DNA of 64,000 nucleotides from Lama glama (Eukaryota): contig CM052816.1 of NCBI GenBank assembly GCA_028534125.1, positions 91,576,001-91,640,000 on the forward strand, written 5' to 3'. The notes beneath the pieces are model-generated. The model did no database searches, was not told the DNA's origin, and saw only the letters and a program-made list of their open reading frames with translations. The position numbers were made by a program, and so were the translations under genes. Within the stretch, counting starts at the first letter, position 1; each line of letters opens with the position of its first letter. Below are positions 25,411-38,143 of the stretch, one piece after another.

Positions 25411-27419
25411 ATTCGGGGAAATCACTGTGCATCCTTGACATATCTTTAATGCAAGTTTCAGCTGATTCTTGTCATACGCAGTAGCTTCTGCTGCATTAAC
25501 TTGAAGAGCACCCACCGGTCCTCCTGCATTCCTTCACTTTGGCTCATCAGGAAAAACCTCTCTTGCTCATTAGTTTTCTAAGAAACAGGAGCTTTTGCTT
25601 TTCAATGAGGGAGGCAATCAGAAGTTATGTGTAAGCCTCCTGATAAATCATAGAAGAAGGAATCTTATCTTCATCCCAGGGAGGGCTGTTTAGGGGTACA
25701 TCAAGAAGGAAGACTGCTACTCCAAATAAACTCTCGGTTTGTTAATCTTCAACCACTGAGACCCAAAGTGGAGTGTTTTCATTGGCTTATAGCCAGAGGC
25801 CGGTGAATTACATAGTGCTTAGCAGCACCACCCATTGTCTCTGGGAGGGCATTCAAGTCCCCTTTCTCTCATTGTTCTTTTTTGCCTGTTTGTCCCACTG
25901 GATTTGTCATGACTATTCAAGATGTAGAGAGATCAGTCCAGGTACTCTCATAGGCATGAACAAAGAAGAAACTCTAAATTTAGTAGAAGGAGCTTTGGTA
26001 TTGCCTGAACACTGCTACAGGCTTTAGGAAGGTAAAGACCAAATTTGCCACTTTTCACGAAATAAAAGTTAGCACCCCAGGTAGCAGAATGGGCACTGGG
26101 AGTAAAGTGCAGAAGGTTATTTGTCTTGGACTTCATCTCCTTATAAGAATTTTGCTAAATCTGAGCAAGTGGTTCTCTCAAGAACTTAATAGTTTTAAAA
26201 TGTCTCTACATAAAGATGAAAACCATGGGGAAAATAACTCAGTGGCTTCTGGAAGGCATTCATATTAGCATTTTAGGTAGAATTTACAGGTGAGTCACAA
26301 GAATCACTTTATCAGAATTTGGAAGGTAAATGAACAGCTCTTAAGTTTCTGAATGATAACACAATATAACTTAGTTTTAGTTACTAGGGATGTACTTTAA
26401 GAGAAGTTCCTTAAATTGGCCTCTCAGGTTGTCCAGCCATGGGATTTTGTCAGACCGTTATGACATCAAACATGAAGAGGCTCAACTGTAGAGCCTGGTG
26501 TCCATGTGCCTGGAAGACCCAGTAGATGGCCAGAACATGGCAGCCCCCAGGGGACAAAGAATCCTATATTAAGTTAACACTGGCATTTCCTCCTCTCTCC
26601 ACTGAGAAAGCATCTATGTATTTAAAATAGTCTCATAGACACTCACACATAGTCCCTCCTCTTGAGTTTATCAAAATAACCACATGTGATACTTTCTAAA
26701 TCCCACAAAAGAGCTATTTTATGCATGAAACCATCACGGGTGGCAGAGTTAGTATCACAGTTGTGTTTAGTAAGGCACTTATGAGCTCACTATCCTCAGG
26801 GACAACCCTAAACAAAGCGTAGACATGCACATGGTCAATATTTATACTTGCTAGACACATTGGGATGGTATGGAGTCACTTCCAACAACAGCTGTGCAAA
26901 TGGCTGATGCTGTGGTGCTTTCTTGGACTTAAATCTCCATTTAGCAGTCCTGCGTATGTCCAAACATTGAAAACACTTTTGCTTTTGAGATAGAGGAGAA
27001 TCCAATCTGTCAAGCCCAGAAGGGATATCCATGCTCCTGCCGTCCCTTCCACATGTGGCTCTGTTTTCCTCCTGCTCTCTCCTCCTCAGTGACAACACAC
27101 ACGGCGTGACTTCCCCTTGAGAAATTCCCAGAGCTTGCTCTTTTGTGCTGTCATAAACATAAAGGGTGAAACCCTGGCTGGAAATGTAAACTTGGATCAA
27201 ACTTCCAAAACACAACGGAACAATTGGTGGTCTTGTCGGATCCAGTCCTTTAATTGGACAAAACCAGAGCCTTGACTGTTTATAAGGCCCTATCCCACAT
27301 ATAAACGATTTTTAAAAATTATGGGAGAGCCACGTTTATAAACGCAATGAGTCTTTGTTTAGAAAGAGCAATTTATCTGTCTTTTGAATTGTGAAGCTTT
27401 TTCTCTTTCCTCTTTCCAG

Positions 27420-27460
27420 CCCTAAAGCCAAACAAAGCACAGTTGGGCCTTTAATTGAAG
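27420..27460 (+). other. Candidate exon B (41 nt)
   Basis: Acceptor ctttttctctttcctctttccag, donor AAG|GTGAGC; lies in unique sequence. Confidence 0.3.
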
Positions 27461-28533
27461 GTGAGCACAGCGAACTTGTTCGATGCAAAGAAATCTTCAC
27501 GACACTTTAAATCATTCTGGGGAGAGTGTAACGGTTAGATCAGCAACATTGCTTTGTGGGCTGTGATTCTTGGAAAAATGCACTCGTGAAACTCTGGGCC
27601 ACACAGGCACGCGCACACATTCGGACAGACTTACACACAGCTTCCAAAGCTTTGTCAGATTTAGTTAGAAGAGGACTTTCTTCTTGGCTCTGGGACACTA
27701 TTTGTACCCTGTTAATTAAGGAAGTGGAGGACCCTTGGTTTATGGGGTGACAAGCCCTACTGGCAGGATGGTTACCCATAAACCAGCATAATGAAGGGGA
27801 GAGGCGGGGTAACTGAAATGAGCCCCCATTTAAAGACAAAACATAACTCGGGAGATTGACTAAGTAATATCCATTGGGATGGCTGTTTGGAGAAAAAAGA
27901 AAATAGCACACTACAGAGAAAGCAAATGCTTTTTGGAGACAAGACTCACTTAGGCAGCAGCTAATAACTTGGGAAAGTCGCTCTGCCCAGTTTTATGGCC
28001 GCAGTGAGAAAGGAGCAAGGTAAATAGACAAGGCCACCCACCGGGACGCGGATCCTTTCCCGAGGGTGTGTTCTCATTGTAAAAAGAGGGATGCCCCTAC
28101 ACACGCATGCACGTGGGAGCACATGTGTAAGTGCACACACAAACACACACAGAGCTCGAGATGACTTCTTGACAGTTCTTTCAGCTGGTTAGCAGGAACA
28201 GGAACAGGGACACCACATCCGGGCTGCACGTAGTGCAGACTGTTCCAGCCTGAGTTTGACTTCCTTCTCTCTTCTTCTTGCTCTTGTTTTGTAATTTACT
28301 TACACACATTTTAAACAAGAAAATGTCATTTGAAGAAGTATGACTAATTGACAATAGGGATTGTTAACTTGCCCAGTTCTGGCCATACCTATGGTCACTG
28401 AAATTGAATCAGGTCCCAGAAAGACAATGGTTTGTATATTTTTAACATTTTGGAGGAACGTCACAGTGGGAACATCTCTTTGATCTTCCACCTTTCATTT
28501 TGCTACCATTAAAGTGAAAGCCATCATTGTTTA

Positions 28534-29088
28534 CAGTAGGGGCTTTCTGACATGGGTCTCAATCATCTCCCTCTTCGTATTTACTTACATGTGTAATCAC
28601 CTCTCCTTGAGTATGGACAGGACCTAGACATATGCTTCTAAAAAATAAAACTTAGAAAAAGTGATAAGACATCACTTCTGTGATCAGGTTACATAGGACT
28701 GTGACTTCCCTCTTAACAGCATTCTCTCTGAATCACTGATCACACAAGATGTCACATGTGAGCTACCCAAAGGACAGCCCATGTGGCAAGAAAATAAGGG
28801 AGGCCTCTAGCTAATAGCTGGTGAGAAGCTGCCATCCTCAGTTCACAAAATTGCAAGGAACTAAATCCTGCCAACAACCATGTGAGGGAACATGGCGTGC
28901 TTCCTCAGCAAGACTTGAAGTGGCTGGAGCAGACACCTGATTGTCGTCTTGTGAAGTAAGAAGTGCCAGAGGGCATGGCTAAACTGTGCCTTATTCCCAA
29001 CTGACAGACACTGGAAAATAATAAATGATGTTGTTCTCAGCCACCAATTTTGGGATAATTTGTTACACAGCAATAGGTAGCCATCACA
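28534..29088 (+). mobile_element. MLT1E/F-like MaLR solo LTR
   Basis: gtgtaatcacctctccttgagtatggacaggaccta...cccatgtggcaag...aatcctgccaacaaccatgtgag...tttgttacacagcaataggtag. Confidence 0.85.
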
Positions 29089-31049
29089 CCATTCTAAAAG
29101 CATTCTCCATCATTCATTGGTAGACTCTGAATAGTTTTAAAAATGGCAAACACCCACATACAAAACTTACAAAAAAGTTTTCTTCCAATCTTTTTGGAAG
29201 ACGGAAGGTTTTATTTTGAATTCCACCACTCTTCCCTTTCTAAAGGCTCTGTTAGGGTCACTGTAATTCAAACAGTAAAAAAACATTCCCAGTAAAATGA
29301 GACTTTGTATCAGCTGAATTCCTGACTCAGAAAACTGTCTTTTCTTCACTAAAATCTTATATTTAATATTTTTAACTATCTACATTGAATTCATTTGTAG
29401 GGAAATTGTGTTTTTCCCTCTTTGTCCAGTTTTCTTTGTTCATTTCAGCATCAAAATAATAGATACACAAGATAAATGCATTTAGTTGGTTGAGTGATTA
29501 CTCCTTATTTTTAGTACAAAATGAATTCAAGAAGCATTTATTAGTGGTTAACTATGCTTGAATCTGTGTTATACATTTGGGAGGAGAGTTTGATATTTAT
29601 AAACAGATTATCTTTGCTTGAAATAGTTTCTCAAAAAAAGGTGAGCCTTGGGATTTAACTAGTTATAAGGTCCCAGCCACATACTCTTGTCCTCTGCCAC
29701 CACTGAAAAATTATCTCCAGATGTTCAAGGAAGCTAAATGACCAACGGAAGTGGCAATTCAGTCAACATTGATCTAGGGCTTAAGGGAACAGGATCAAGA
29801 CCAAATCATGGACTTCCTGCCAAGATCTTTCTAACAAAAAGAATGCCTGTCTCACCACCTGTAAAGTGGTGAGTTCACAATGCCCAATTTGGGGTTATAA
29901 GATCCACTTCTTACAACACTCGAAATTGTTATGCAAACAACTTGTTGTGATGAGAAGCCAACATGTGGGAAAACTTGTTTGCTGAAGAACAGCTTTTCTA
30001 TACATGGGTTTAAAAACCATTGAGTATCTCATGATCTATTTTCAAGAAAAGTGAGGGAAATTGGTAGTACTTTCTCTTCTGGGAAAAACCAAAGATGAAA
30101 CAAAAACAAATGAAACCTTAAAATTGCCCCATCAAGGATAAAGCGCTTGGTAATGCATATTCTTCTGAATTTCCTGCCTTGTCACAATGCTTTCAGCCAG
30201 CATCTATACCCAGACAGTAATTACGCCAACAGTGAAAATGCAGATAAAAATATGTCCATATCTCCTATCTTAGCTCAAATGCTTGTACCCTTGTACACAC
30301 TAACATATGAATGATAAATATGGAAAGGGTAGTTTTAATTACACTGAAGAATTTTTCAACTGTTGAGAATTGGCTACCATCTTGAAAGATGAGATTATTC
30401 ATGATAATTTGTCTTGAGACTAAGAGAAAGCTGGCTAGGCCTTAATTAATTGATTTTTTAAAACAACTAGACAGATATATGAGATAACAAATTTAATTAA
30501 TAAAACATAGCTTAATAAAATAAAATGTGCTATATTATTTTTTTCAACCTGAATTTGGGAGACTGGAGCTCTATTAGGCTTTGGAAGAATGGTCAAGCCT
30601 TGTGATTCCACACTTGAGCTATTTCTAGCCTGCAAATTCAACAGTTTCACCTCCGCTTAGCTTTAGGGGGTTCGACCAAGCAGAAGGAGCCCATTCTGTG
30701 CCCAGACAGTAAGTTTTTCTTTTAAAGGGAATCGATTGAGAAGAGATTGGGCTAAATGCATTAAAGCTCATTTGACTTCACTGCAATATCCCTGTCCTCA
30801 GAGCATAGATGTAGTTCTGGTTCTGTACAGTGACTCCTGCCAGGTCTGAAATGTGGGGTCTTGCAGCAGTTGTGGCTGTCTGTGAAGAACAGGGGAGCTG
30901 GTTTCATTCCTGGTCATTGAGAGCAGACGTGTCCGGCCTCATGGGACCACATCTTAGACGAGTCAGATGCCCATGGAGATCTCTTCTGTGTATTATCATC
31001 TCATTACGAACCCCAGCTCCACTAACTTCTTTTTCGTCTTATTCCCTAG

Positions 31050-31092
31050 AGAACAGTCATGTGTGTAAAGACCCTTCGATTCTGTCCCAAAG
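31050..31092 (+). other. Candidate exon C (43 nt)
   Basis: Branch point cactaac (31020-31026), pyrimidine tract, tag acceptor, donor AAG|GTAAGC. Confidence 0.35.
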
Positions 31093-31887
31093 GTAAGCTG
31101 AAAATGGATAAGTATTTTACGCTATGTTCTGATGAGTTTAAGTGACGTGGGCCAGTAGGTAGGCCCTATGTCACAATTACGAAGGAAATTGGTCTTCCCA
31201 GGTTGTTCTTTTTAACCCTGAGGGGGATTTGTATTGGGAATTCACGCTTTTGTGGTCTTCATCAAGAATTCAGCCCTGCAAAGCTGATTTCCCATGTAGG
31301 AGGCAGCTCCAGTGAAAATCTCCTGCCATTTAATGGGTGACAGAGGTAGTTTTCTGCTCAGCCCAGAAAGACCTCTTTAGCCTCTAGAAAGGTGCACAGT
31401 GGAGTGAGTTCCCCTGGGATGTGTGCCCTCCCACTCGTACCACGGTGCATGCAAAGGCTGTCGAGGTGTCTTTTAGGAAAGCTTTAATTTAGAAAAGAAG
31501 GCGATTAGGACTGAAGATTTCTTTCTCCTTCCAAGCCTGGAGAACCTGGTTGTGGTCCTTCAGGTTTTCTTCTGGCCATCATAAATTCTGAGCTCCTTGC
31601 TTGATTAGCTAGCACAGTTTGTGTCAAAATATTTCTTCATGTATGATTGCTGCGAGGAGGTAAAAGGATTAAAAAAAAAAAACAAACCAAAAACCTGAAC
31701 TCCCTGAAACTACAATTTGTGAAGGGAGGGCTTTGTTGGCTGCACAGTTCCCTTATTATGATGCAAATAATTATGGAGAGAGTCAACAAAGAAATCATCA
31801 CTGATTATTGGTGAATTAGCAGGGATCTATATTTCTACTCTGAATAGCCAGATAGCTGACAGCAAGTTTGTTTGGGAATAGAGAGCT

Positions 31888-32064
31888 CAGGGCAACAGTT
31901 CTTGACCTTGGCTGCATATTAAAACCACCCAAGGAGCTAGAAAAACTATCGCTGTCTGGTCCTACTTCTAGAGAGAGTCTGATTCTCCAGAGAGTCTTCA
32001 GCAGATAATAACTGAAATGTACAAACCCCACCAGTCTCCACAGGTGAACCTCAAGGTAAGAAAC
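31888..32064. mobile_element. MER5-like hAT-Charlie element
   Basis: gttcttgaccttggctgcatattaaaaccaccc..ggagct...ctccacaggtga. Confidence 0.55.
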
Positions 32065-34449
32065 TTACTTTACTTCTTCAGATAGGAAACTGTTATTCTC
32101 TGTCTATCTTTGAGCATTTCTGCTTTATAGTCAAGTATATTTTTAGTCTAAATTCCACTTATTTTTGATAAAGGGGAGCTTCTGTTTCAGTTTCCTTAAA
32201 ATAAATAATTCTTTAAAATACATAATTACAAAATCAAACTCAGGTAATACTTCTTGGAAAGCATTTCTCATTATGTGATGTGCCACGGTTTGCCAGAAGC
32301 AAATTCCAGTATTAGTGTGGGACACAGAAATCAATCTATAGGATAGTTAATAAGTAGTTTGTGAATTGATAAATGAAAAGTTGACAGGACGTTCTCAACC
32401 TAAGTTCATGTATAAACTTCCACGTTAAAGAGGAGAGATTTTAAATATTTATTATCTCTGAACCTTTGCTTCTCCAAGGACCAAACTTCCTAGCTAACTG
32501 CATACTTCAACAACCTTTTTTTCCCAATTCAGAAAGGCCCATTGGCTTGTCTCTTACACATGGTTAGCTAGTAGCAAAGCCAAGTCCACCTCCCAGATTA
32601 TAAAGTCCCCTTCCTACAGAAAAGTTGTCATTGGGTTCGCATGACACCTACAAATGTTCACATTTGTAGCCTCTTCTCTGTAGGAACATAAAGACGTTTT
32701 ACCAAGTACCCAAAATTTCCCCCACTTATTCCATGATTACAGTTTGGTTATGAAAAGAGAATGCAATCCACATAAAGATTTGAATGGGAGATTTTTGCTC
32801 AGTCACTTTGCATAGTCCCTACTATCTTCACTATATGATATTCAAAGACAGGTTAGACTGATATGAATAGTAACTGAGAGATTAATTTCCTTCCTGTTGC
32901 TTGTTAATTTACCTGATGGGTTCATTTAATCATATTTAAGTTCCATAGAGATTAAAGAGATGCAATTAGCAAAATATGAACAACCTATCTTTGTCATTCT
33001 AATTCCTTGCTGTTTAGATCTCTTTAGTTGGCAAGGTAAATAACACTGAATAATAAAATAATTTTCAAAATATTATCTGGAGCCATCTCTCAGTAGGTAG
33101 CGAAAGACAGATCCTGCAATAGAGGAAATTAACAAGCCAAACAGAGAATTAGTAGTAACATTCATTTCTAGTCTACTATTATTTCTGCATTGCTGAGCCC
33201 ATCTGCAGTGCTGATTTTCCCTTTAAGATAATTTGTAATTCTTTCTAAACTCCTGTGGGTGTAATCACTTGGCTGCTAAAGAAATTGCTGTTTTTTAAAC
33301 ATCTCTGAGAAAGAGAAGCATTACCGTTATAACTAGTTAACTCTTTGTGAGTATCCTCTTCCACTCCTGCTTCTGTTCATCTTTAAAGGTTCATCATGCT
33401 TCATATCTCTTCACATAGTTTCATACGTGACCTTTTAGCCTAGCCAGACTTTCAGGCCTGGTCCTTAAAAGGCACTGAGTTTCAGCCTCATGTAAGTGCA
33501 GGTTGATTCCACAGATGCAGACAAAATCATGGCCCATGAGCTCCAAAAAGTGCCTGATCATGAGGACAATGTGAGCATGAAAAGACCACTCAAATCCTTG
33601 AGCTGTCTTGGCAGACAACTCATAGAAAACCCCACCTTCATTGTCAGCCACATCTTTTTTAAATAAAAATCCACACAGAAGGTCCAAGGACCTGGCTTTC
33701 TGACAAATCATGGAGGACTGAAGCCACCCACACAATAACTATAACGGAATCTGTTTATGTAGATGTCATTAATTCTGTTAATAAAATTCTCATCTATATA
33801 AATATAGAACCACATCATAAACTCAACATGATGTCCTACAAGTAACGTCTATTTGAGCACTTAACCTAACATCCACAGATGGTCCCTTTTCTCCCAAATC
33901 TCTATGTTCCCCAGCAACTTTGCCTGGAGATGGAAGATTCCACAGCTGCATGGGCTGGTTTCAGCTCAGAATTTAACCTCCAACCCTGAAAGCCTGGAAT
34001 TAATCTTCAAAATATTTATAATTCACTCGCAGATTACAATCTACTTGCCATGTCTCCAAGTCCTTGAAGAATTTTCTAAAGTGTAAGCCACTCATTTCCT
34101 GAAGAAAACCCTCTTTCTTCTGATCATCCTTCTATCGTACCCCACTGCCTTCCATCCACCCAAGGCACAACCTATGAAGTCAACTAAGAGCATGAGGAAG
34201 GTGAGAGAGACTGGAGGGAAGCCAGGCTGAGTTCTTCTGTCCCTCTGTTAAATTCTGGAGGAGATGAAATACACCTCTCTTTTAATATATTCCTTTAAAC
34301 CTATCCTCCTCCTCCCTTTGCAAAATACCCTAGGTACTCCTGAAGCCTCTTGGATCTACACCAGCCCCCGAAGGGAAAGCAGAACCCAGCACCTTCATCA
34401 GAAACCAGAAAGCATCAATATTTTTAAAAGCTTCCCAAGTGATTCTTGA

Positions 34450-35154
34450 GACCCGCTGCTTCCTGATATTTATGCCCCTGGGTAATCGCCTTCTCTTAAG
34501 TATGGGCCGGACCTAGTGACAGCCTTCTTGAAATAGAACATAAGAAAAGTGATGGGATGTCCCTTCCTGGATTGGGTTATAAAAGCATTTGGTTTCTGTC
34601 TTGCCACTCTCTCTTGCATTCTAGGTTTGCTTGCTTTGATGAGAAGCCCATGTGGCATGGAGCTGAGGTCGTCCTCTAATCAATAGCCAGTGAGGAACGG
34701 AGGCCCCTCAGTCCAACAACCCACCATGAACTGACTACAGCCAACAACTGCCTACTTCTTCAGCTGAGCCTTTAGATGACCCCAGCCCCAGCTGACACTC
34801 TCTATCCTTGTGAGAAACCCTGAAGCTCTGAGAATCCAGCTCATCTGTGCCCAGACCCCTGACCCAGAGATACTGAAAGAATAAATGTGTATTGTTTTCT
34901 TCTTCCATTTTAATGAGGTATACTTGATAAGTAAAAATTATATCTCTGCATATTTAAGCATATAACATGGTGTTTTGATAGACGTCCACATTGTGAAATG
35001 ATAACCACAATCAAGCTAATGAACATATCCATCACCTCACCTAGTTATGATTTTGCTTGTGTGTGGTGAGAACACTTAAGATCAATTAATGTGTATTGTT
35101 TTAAGTCACTAAGTTTTGGGATTATTTGTCACAAAGCAACAGATAACTGATACA
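34450..35154 (+). mobile_element. MLT1E/F-like MaLR LTR containing an L1 insertion
   Basis: ggtaatcgccttctcttaagtatgggccggacctagtgac...cccatgtggc...ctaagttttggg..tatttgtcacaaagcaacagataactgataca. Confidence 0.85.
34899..35087 (-). mobile_element. L1MA-like 3' fragment with perfect 15-bp TSD
   Basis: cattgtgaaatgataaccacaatcaagctaatgaacatatccatcacctcac; TSD aatgtgtattgtttt at 34884-34898 and 35088-35102. Confidence 0.9.
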
Positions 35155-35159
35155 CACAG

Positions 35160-35364
35160 TCAGTCCCATGATAAACGTTATGGGAAGAATAAAGCATGGA
35201 ATAGCACTGGAGAGTGATGGAGATGGGGGTGAAGGAAAGAGCTGAAATTTTAAATGGCATTACCAGTGACGGTCTCATTGAGAAGGTTCCATGGAACAGA
35301 AGCCTGAGGGAAGTGAGGGAGGGAGTCATGCAGATGTTTGCAGGGAGATCCCTCTAGGCAGATG
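35160..35364 (-). mobile_element. LINE-2 fragment
   Basis: ggtctcattgagaagg...gagggaagtgagggagggagtcatgcagatgtttg. Confidence 0.7.
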
Positions 35365-36026
35365 GGTTAGAGATATGCAGTGGGCCCACCATATGTTGAG
35401 TGTCTTTTCTCAGGCTTTCCACACAGAGGTCTAAGAAAAAGGCGTGGGATTCTACCCATGTACAGGTGAGGACCCTCTGCCTTAGCACCTGAGATTTCGC
35501 TAAATAAGCACTGGGGCTGGGCACACAACACAGGTCTGTTGAGCCTGTAAGTAGCTTTTGGCAGGGACGAGCTCTTTGCAGGAGGCTCCTCTTGTCTTGT
35601 CACTTGCCTAACCTGTTGGGTTTTTTTTTTCTAATCAAAGAAGTAGAAATGAAGAATAAGTAATTCAGACGACCAGATCTCTTCCCTAGCCTCCCCTTCA
35701 GTAATCTCATCAACAAACTGTGCGAACAAGATAGCATCTAAGGAAAATTCACAAGGAACTGACAAGCCTGCACAGCAGTGGGGGGTAACGTGGACTGTGA
35801 CCCACTAGCTCAGTGATCAACTGAGATTACTTCCCCGTCTTCCCTGTAAATCTTTCGGGGCTGAGCAGAATCTTCGGAGATGGTCTTTGGGGGGGGGGGA
35901 CACTGAGTCCACTAACTCCGCAGACTGCTGACTTCTATGATTAAAGCAACTTTCCTTTCTACTGACACTTGCCTCTTAAGTCATTGGGCTTTGAGTGGTG
36001 AGGAGCTGAACTTGAGCTCAGTAACA
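35365..36026 (+). mobile_element. ERV1-class LTR (MER34/MER39-like); 5' boundary uncertain
   Basis: 3' end attaaagcaactttcctttctactgacacttgcctc...ttgagtggtgag...ctcagtaaca is typical of ERV1 LTR R/U5. Confidence 0.65.
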
Positions 36027-36051
36027 AGTCTAAAGTCCATGCCAGAGAGTG

Positions 36052-36655
36052 TGTATTACTATTCCATTCCTGCTGTAACTAATTCCTACAGATTCAGGGG
36101 CTTAAGCAATGCAGATTTACTATTTTATAATTTTGTAGGTCAGAAGCCCAACATGGAACCCCCCAGGAGAAGATCAAGGTGTTGGTAGGTCTGCATTCCT
36201 TTCTGGAGTTTCCAGGGGAAATCCATTCCCTCACTTATTGGGGTTGTCAGCAGAATTCAGTTCTTCAGGGTTGCAGGACTTTGCTTTGTAGGTTGGAGGT
36301 CCCGGCTGCACTGCTGGCTGTCAGCCAGGGGCTGTTCCCAGATTCTAAGGGAACCCACATTCCTTGGCTCAGAGCTCCCCTTCCTCCATTTTTAAAGCCA
36401 GCAATGGCAGGCTTGAGTCCCTCTTAGGCTTCAAATCTCTGCTGTGGTTGCGCATCTTCTGTCTCACTCTTCCGCTTTTAAGGACCCACGTGATTAGAAC
36501 GGGCCTACCTTGTCTGTCCAGGTTAACCTCCATATATTAAGTTCTACAATCTCCATTCCATCTGCAAAGTTTCTTTTGCCATGTAATGTAACATTTTCAC
36601 AGGTTCCAAGAATTGGCCTGCGGACATTTGAGGGGCAATTATTTTGCTCATCACA
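36052..36655 (-). mobile_element. MLT1D/E-like MaLR solo LTR
   Basis: tgtatta...ctgctgtaactaatt...atcaaggtgttggtagg...atctgcaaagt..cttttgccatgtaatgtaaca...tcaca. Confidence 0.88.
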
Positions 36656-36769
36656 GAGGCGCAATTTAGAGAAACAACCTCAGAATTACTGAAGATACAC
36701 AGATCCTCTGTCATAGTTGAACAGCAAGTGAACTGATCACTTTGGTCTACGTGATCAGTCCATGTAACA

Positions 36770-37050
36770 AATGTTATCCATGGGACCAGCCAGCATCTTC
36801 CTTAGAAAGGCTGAGAAAGGTCAAGAAAGGCTTTATATAGGAAGTGTGCTTGAGTTAAGTCTTGCAGGATATTCAGGAGAAGGGCAGAGTTGATGGGCAG
36901 GGTGTTCCAGAGAGAGGAAGCCCTGAGCAGAGTCACTGAGCTGATACACAGCATGCTGAGTTCAAAGAGCTGCATGGCAATAACTCACACCACCTGCTTC
37001 TGGAAAGGGGAGGGACTGAGTGACTGCAGGGCTGAGAGAGGGGGCAGTAG
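36770..37050 (-). mobile_element. LINE-2 fragment
   Basis: ggtcaagaaaggcttt...ttgagttaagtcttgcagga...gttccagagagaggaa. Confidence 0.55.
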
Positions 37051-37820
37051 CGCACAGTTAGTGGTGGACTTCATCCTGAAATTTACAGATCCGAATTTAC
37101 AAGTTCCTAACATTAAGGAGACTTAAATATTACGACGTAAGTGGAAAACACGTGCATCTTTGTGCCAAATGTATTTCCCTACCAAAGTGATCAAATCTTC
37201 CTAATGTTTCTAACTAAACTTCCGGGTTAGGTATGGACAAAAATTGCCTCATTCTACCCCATTTCATGTAAGTGATGGGCATTAGTCACTGATAAAATTA
37301 AAGTTATAAATACAGGAATCATTTCTCATTGAGGTGACATCTGGAAATTTCTGATCACATGTGGCTATGTGCATAGCTATATGCACATATGTGTAGACTA
37401 GTATATCAATAAACACATATTTATAACTTGTAAACATCTTGCTGATTCTCTGATAGACACATTATATATTACACATTGAAGTCAGTCCTTAATTCCAGCT
37501 ATGGTTAAGGACACGTCTTGTCTCGGTAGCATTTATTAACTTCACTCACCTAATTATTGCTGTTTGGTGGCTCACTGTTGTGACCACACAGGACAAACAG
37601 GGATAGAGTTGTAGCCACTCCCTGCAGAATCGGAAGCAAAATCTACAGCTGTCCCAACTGTGCACCATTTCTGGGGAAAGGTGACCTTTTCTCCAGCAAC
37701 ATATTTGGTCTTGTAGACTTTGTCTTAGGAAAAAGAAATCCGCACGATTGTTTCGTTGTAAGACTTGGTTGGCCACTGCGGGCCTTCTGGGCTGAGGGCT
37801 CCCACTGTTGGTGTCTTTGG

Positions 37821-37930
37821 AGATAATAAGAAGGGGCAGGAGCTCTATTCTTCTGGGAAAACTGGGGAATTACATGCTGTGGTGTCAGGAAGGGAGCAGT
37901 CACTTCATGTGGGCATTTTCCCCGCAGCTG
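37821..37930. promoter_or_regulatory. Candidate enhancer motif cluster (GATA, STAT/GAS, kB-like, RUNX, ETS, E-box)
   Basis: agataa 37821, ttctgggaa 37851, ggggaattac 37864, tgtggt 37878, caggaag 37886, gggcattttccc 37911, cagctg 37925; motif matches only. Confidence 0.3.
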
Positions 37931-38121
37931 GTACTTAGGGGATTGTTTTCTCTGACCCTTGAGGCATTTTTAATTTTCTCAACATGGAAAGGTCAGTATT
38001 TCATCTCAGCAACAATTATGGTGAAAACAGCTCTAAGTAAAAGTGGATTGAAAGCAATTGTCCTCCCCAAATGGCACTATTGTGTACTGTTTTCAAAGAG
38101 CTATTTTAAAGAGAAAGAAGA

Positions 38122-38143
38122 GGGGGAGGGAGGGAGAGATGGG
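38122..38143 (+). other. G-quadruplex motif in a polypurine tract
   Basis: gggggagggagggagagatggg. Confidence 0.55.

Noticed and set aside
36732..36759. Short inverted repeats (actgatcac/gtgatcagt here; ctatagac/gtctatag at 62105-62133) as miRNA or terminator hairpins
   Set aside because: The stems are far too short for a pre-miRNA, match no mature miRNA I know, and are plausible by chance in 64 kb.
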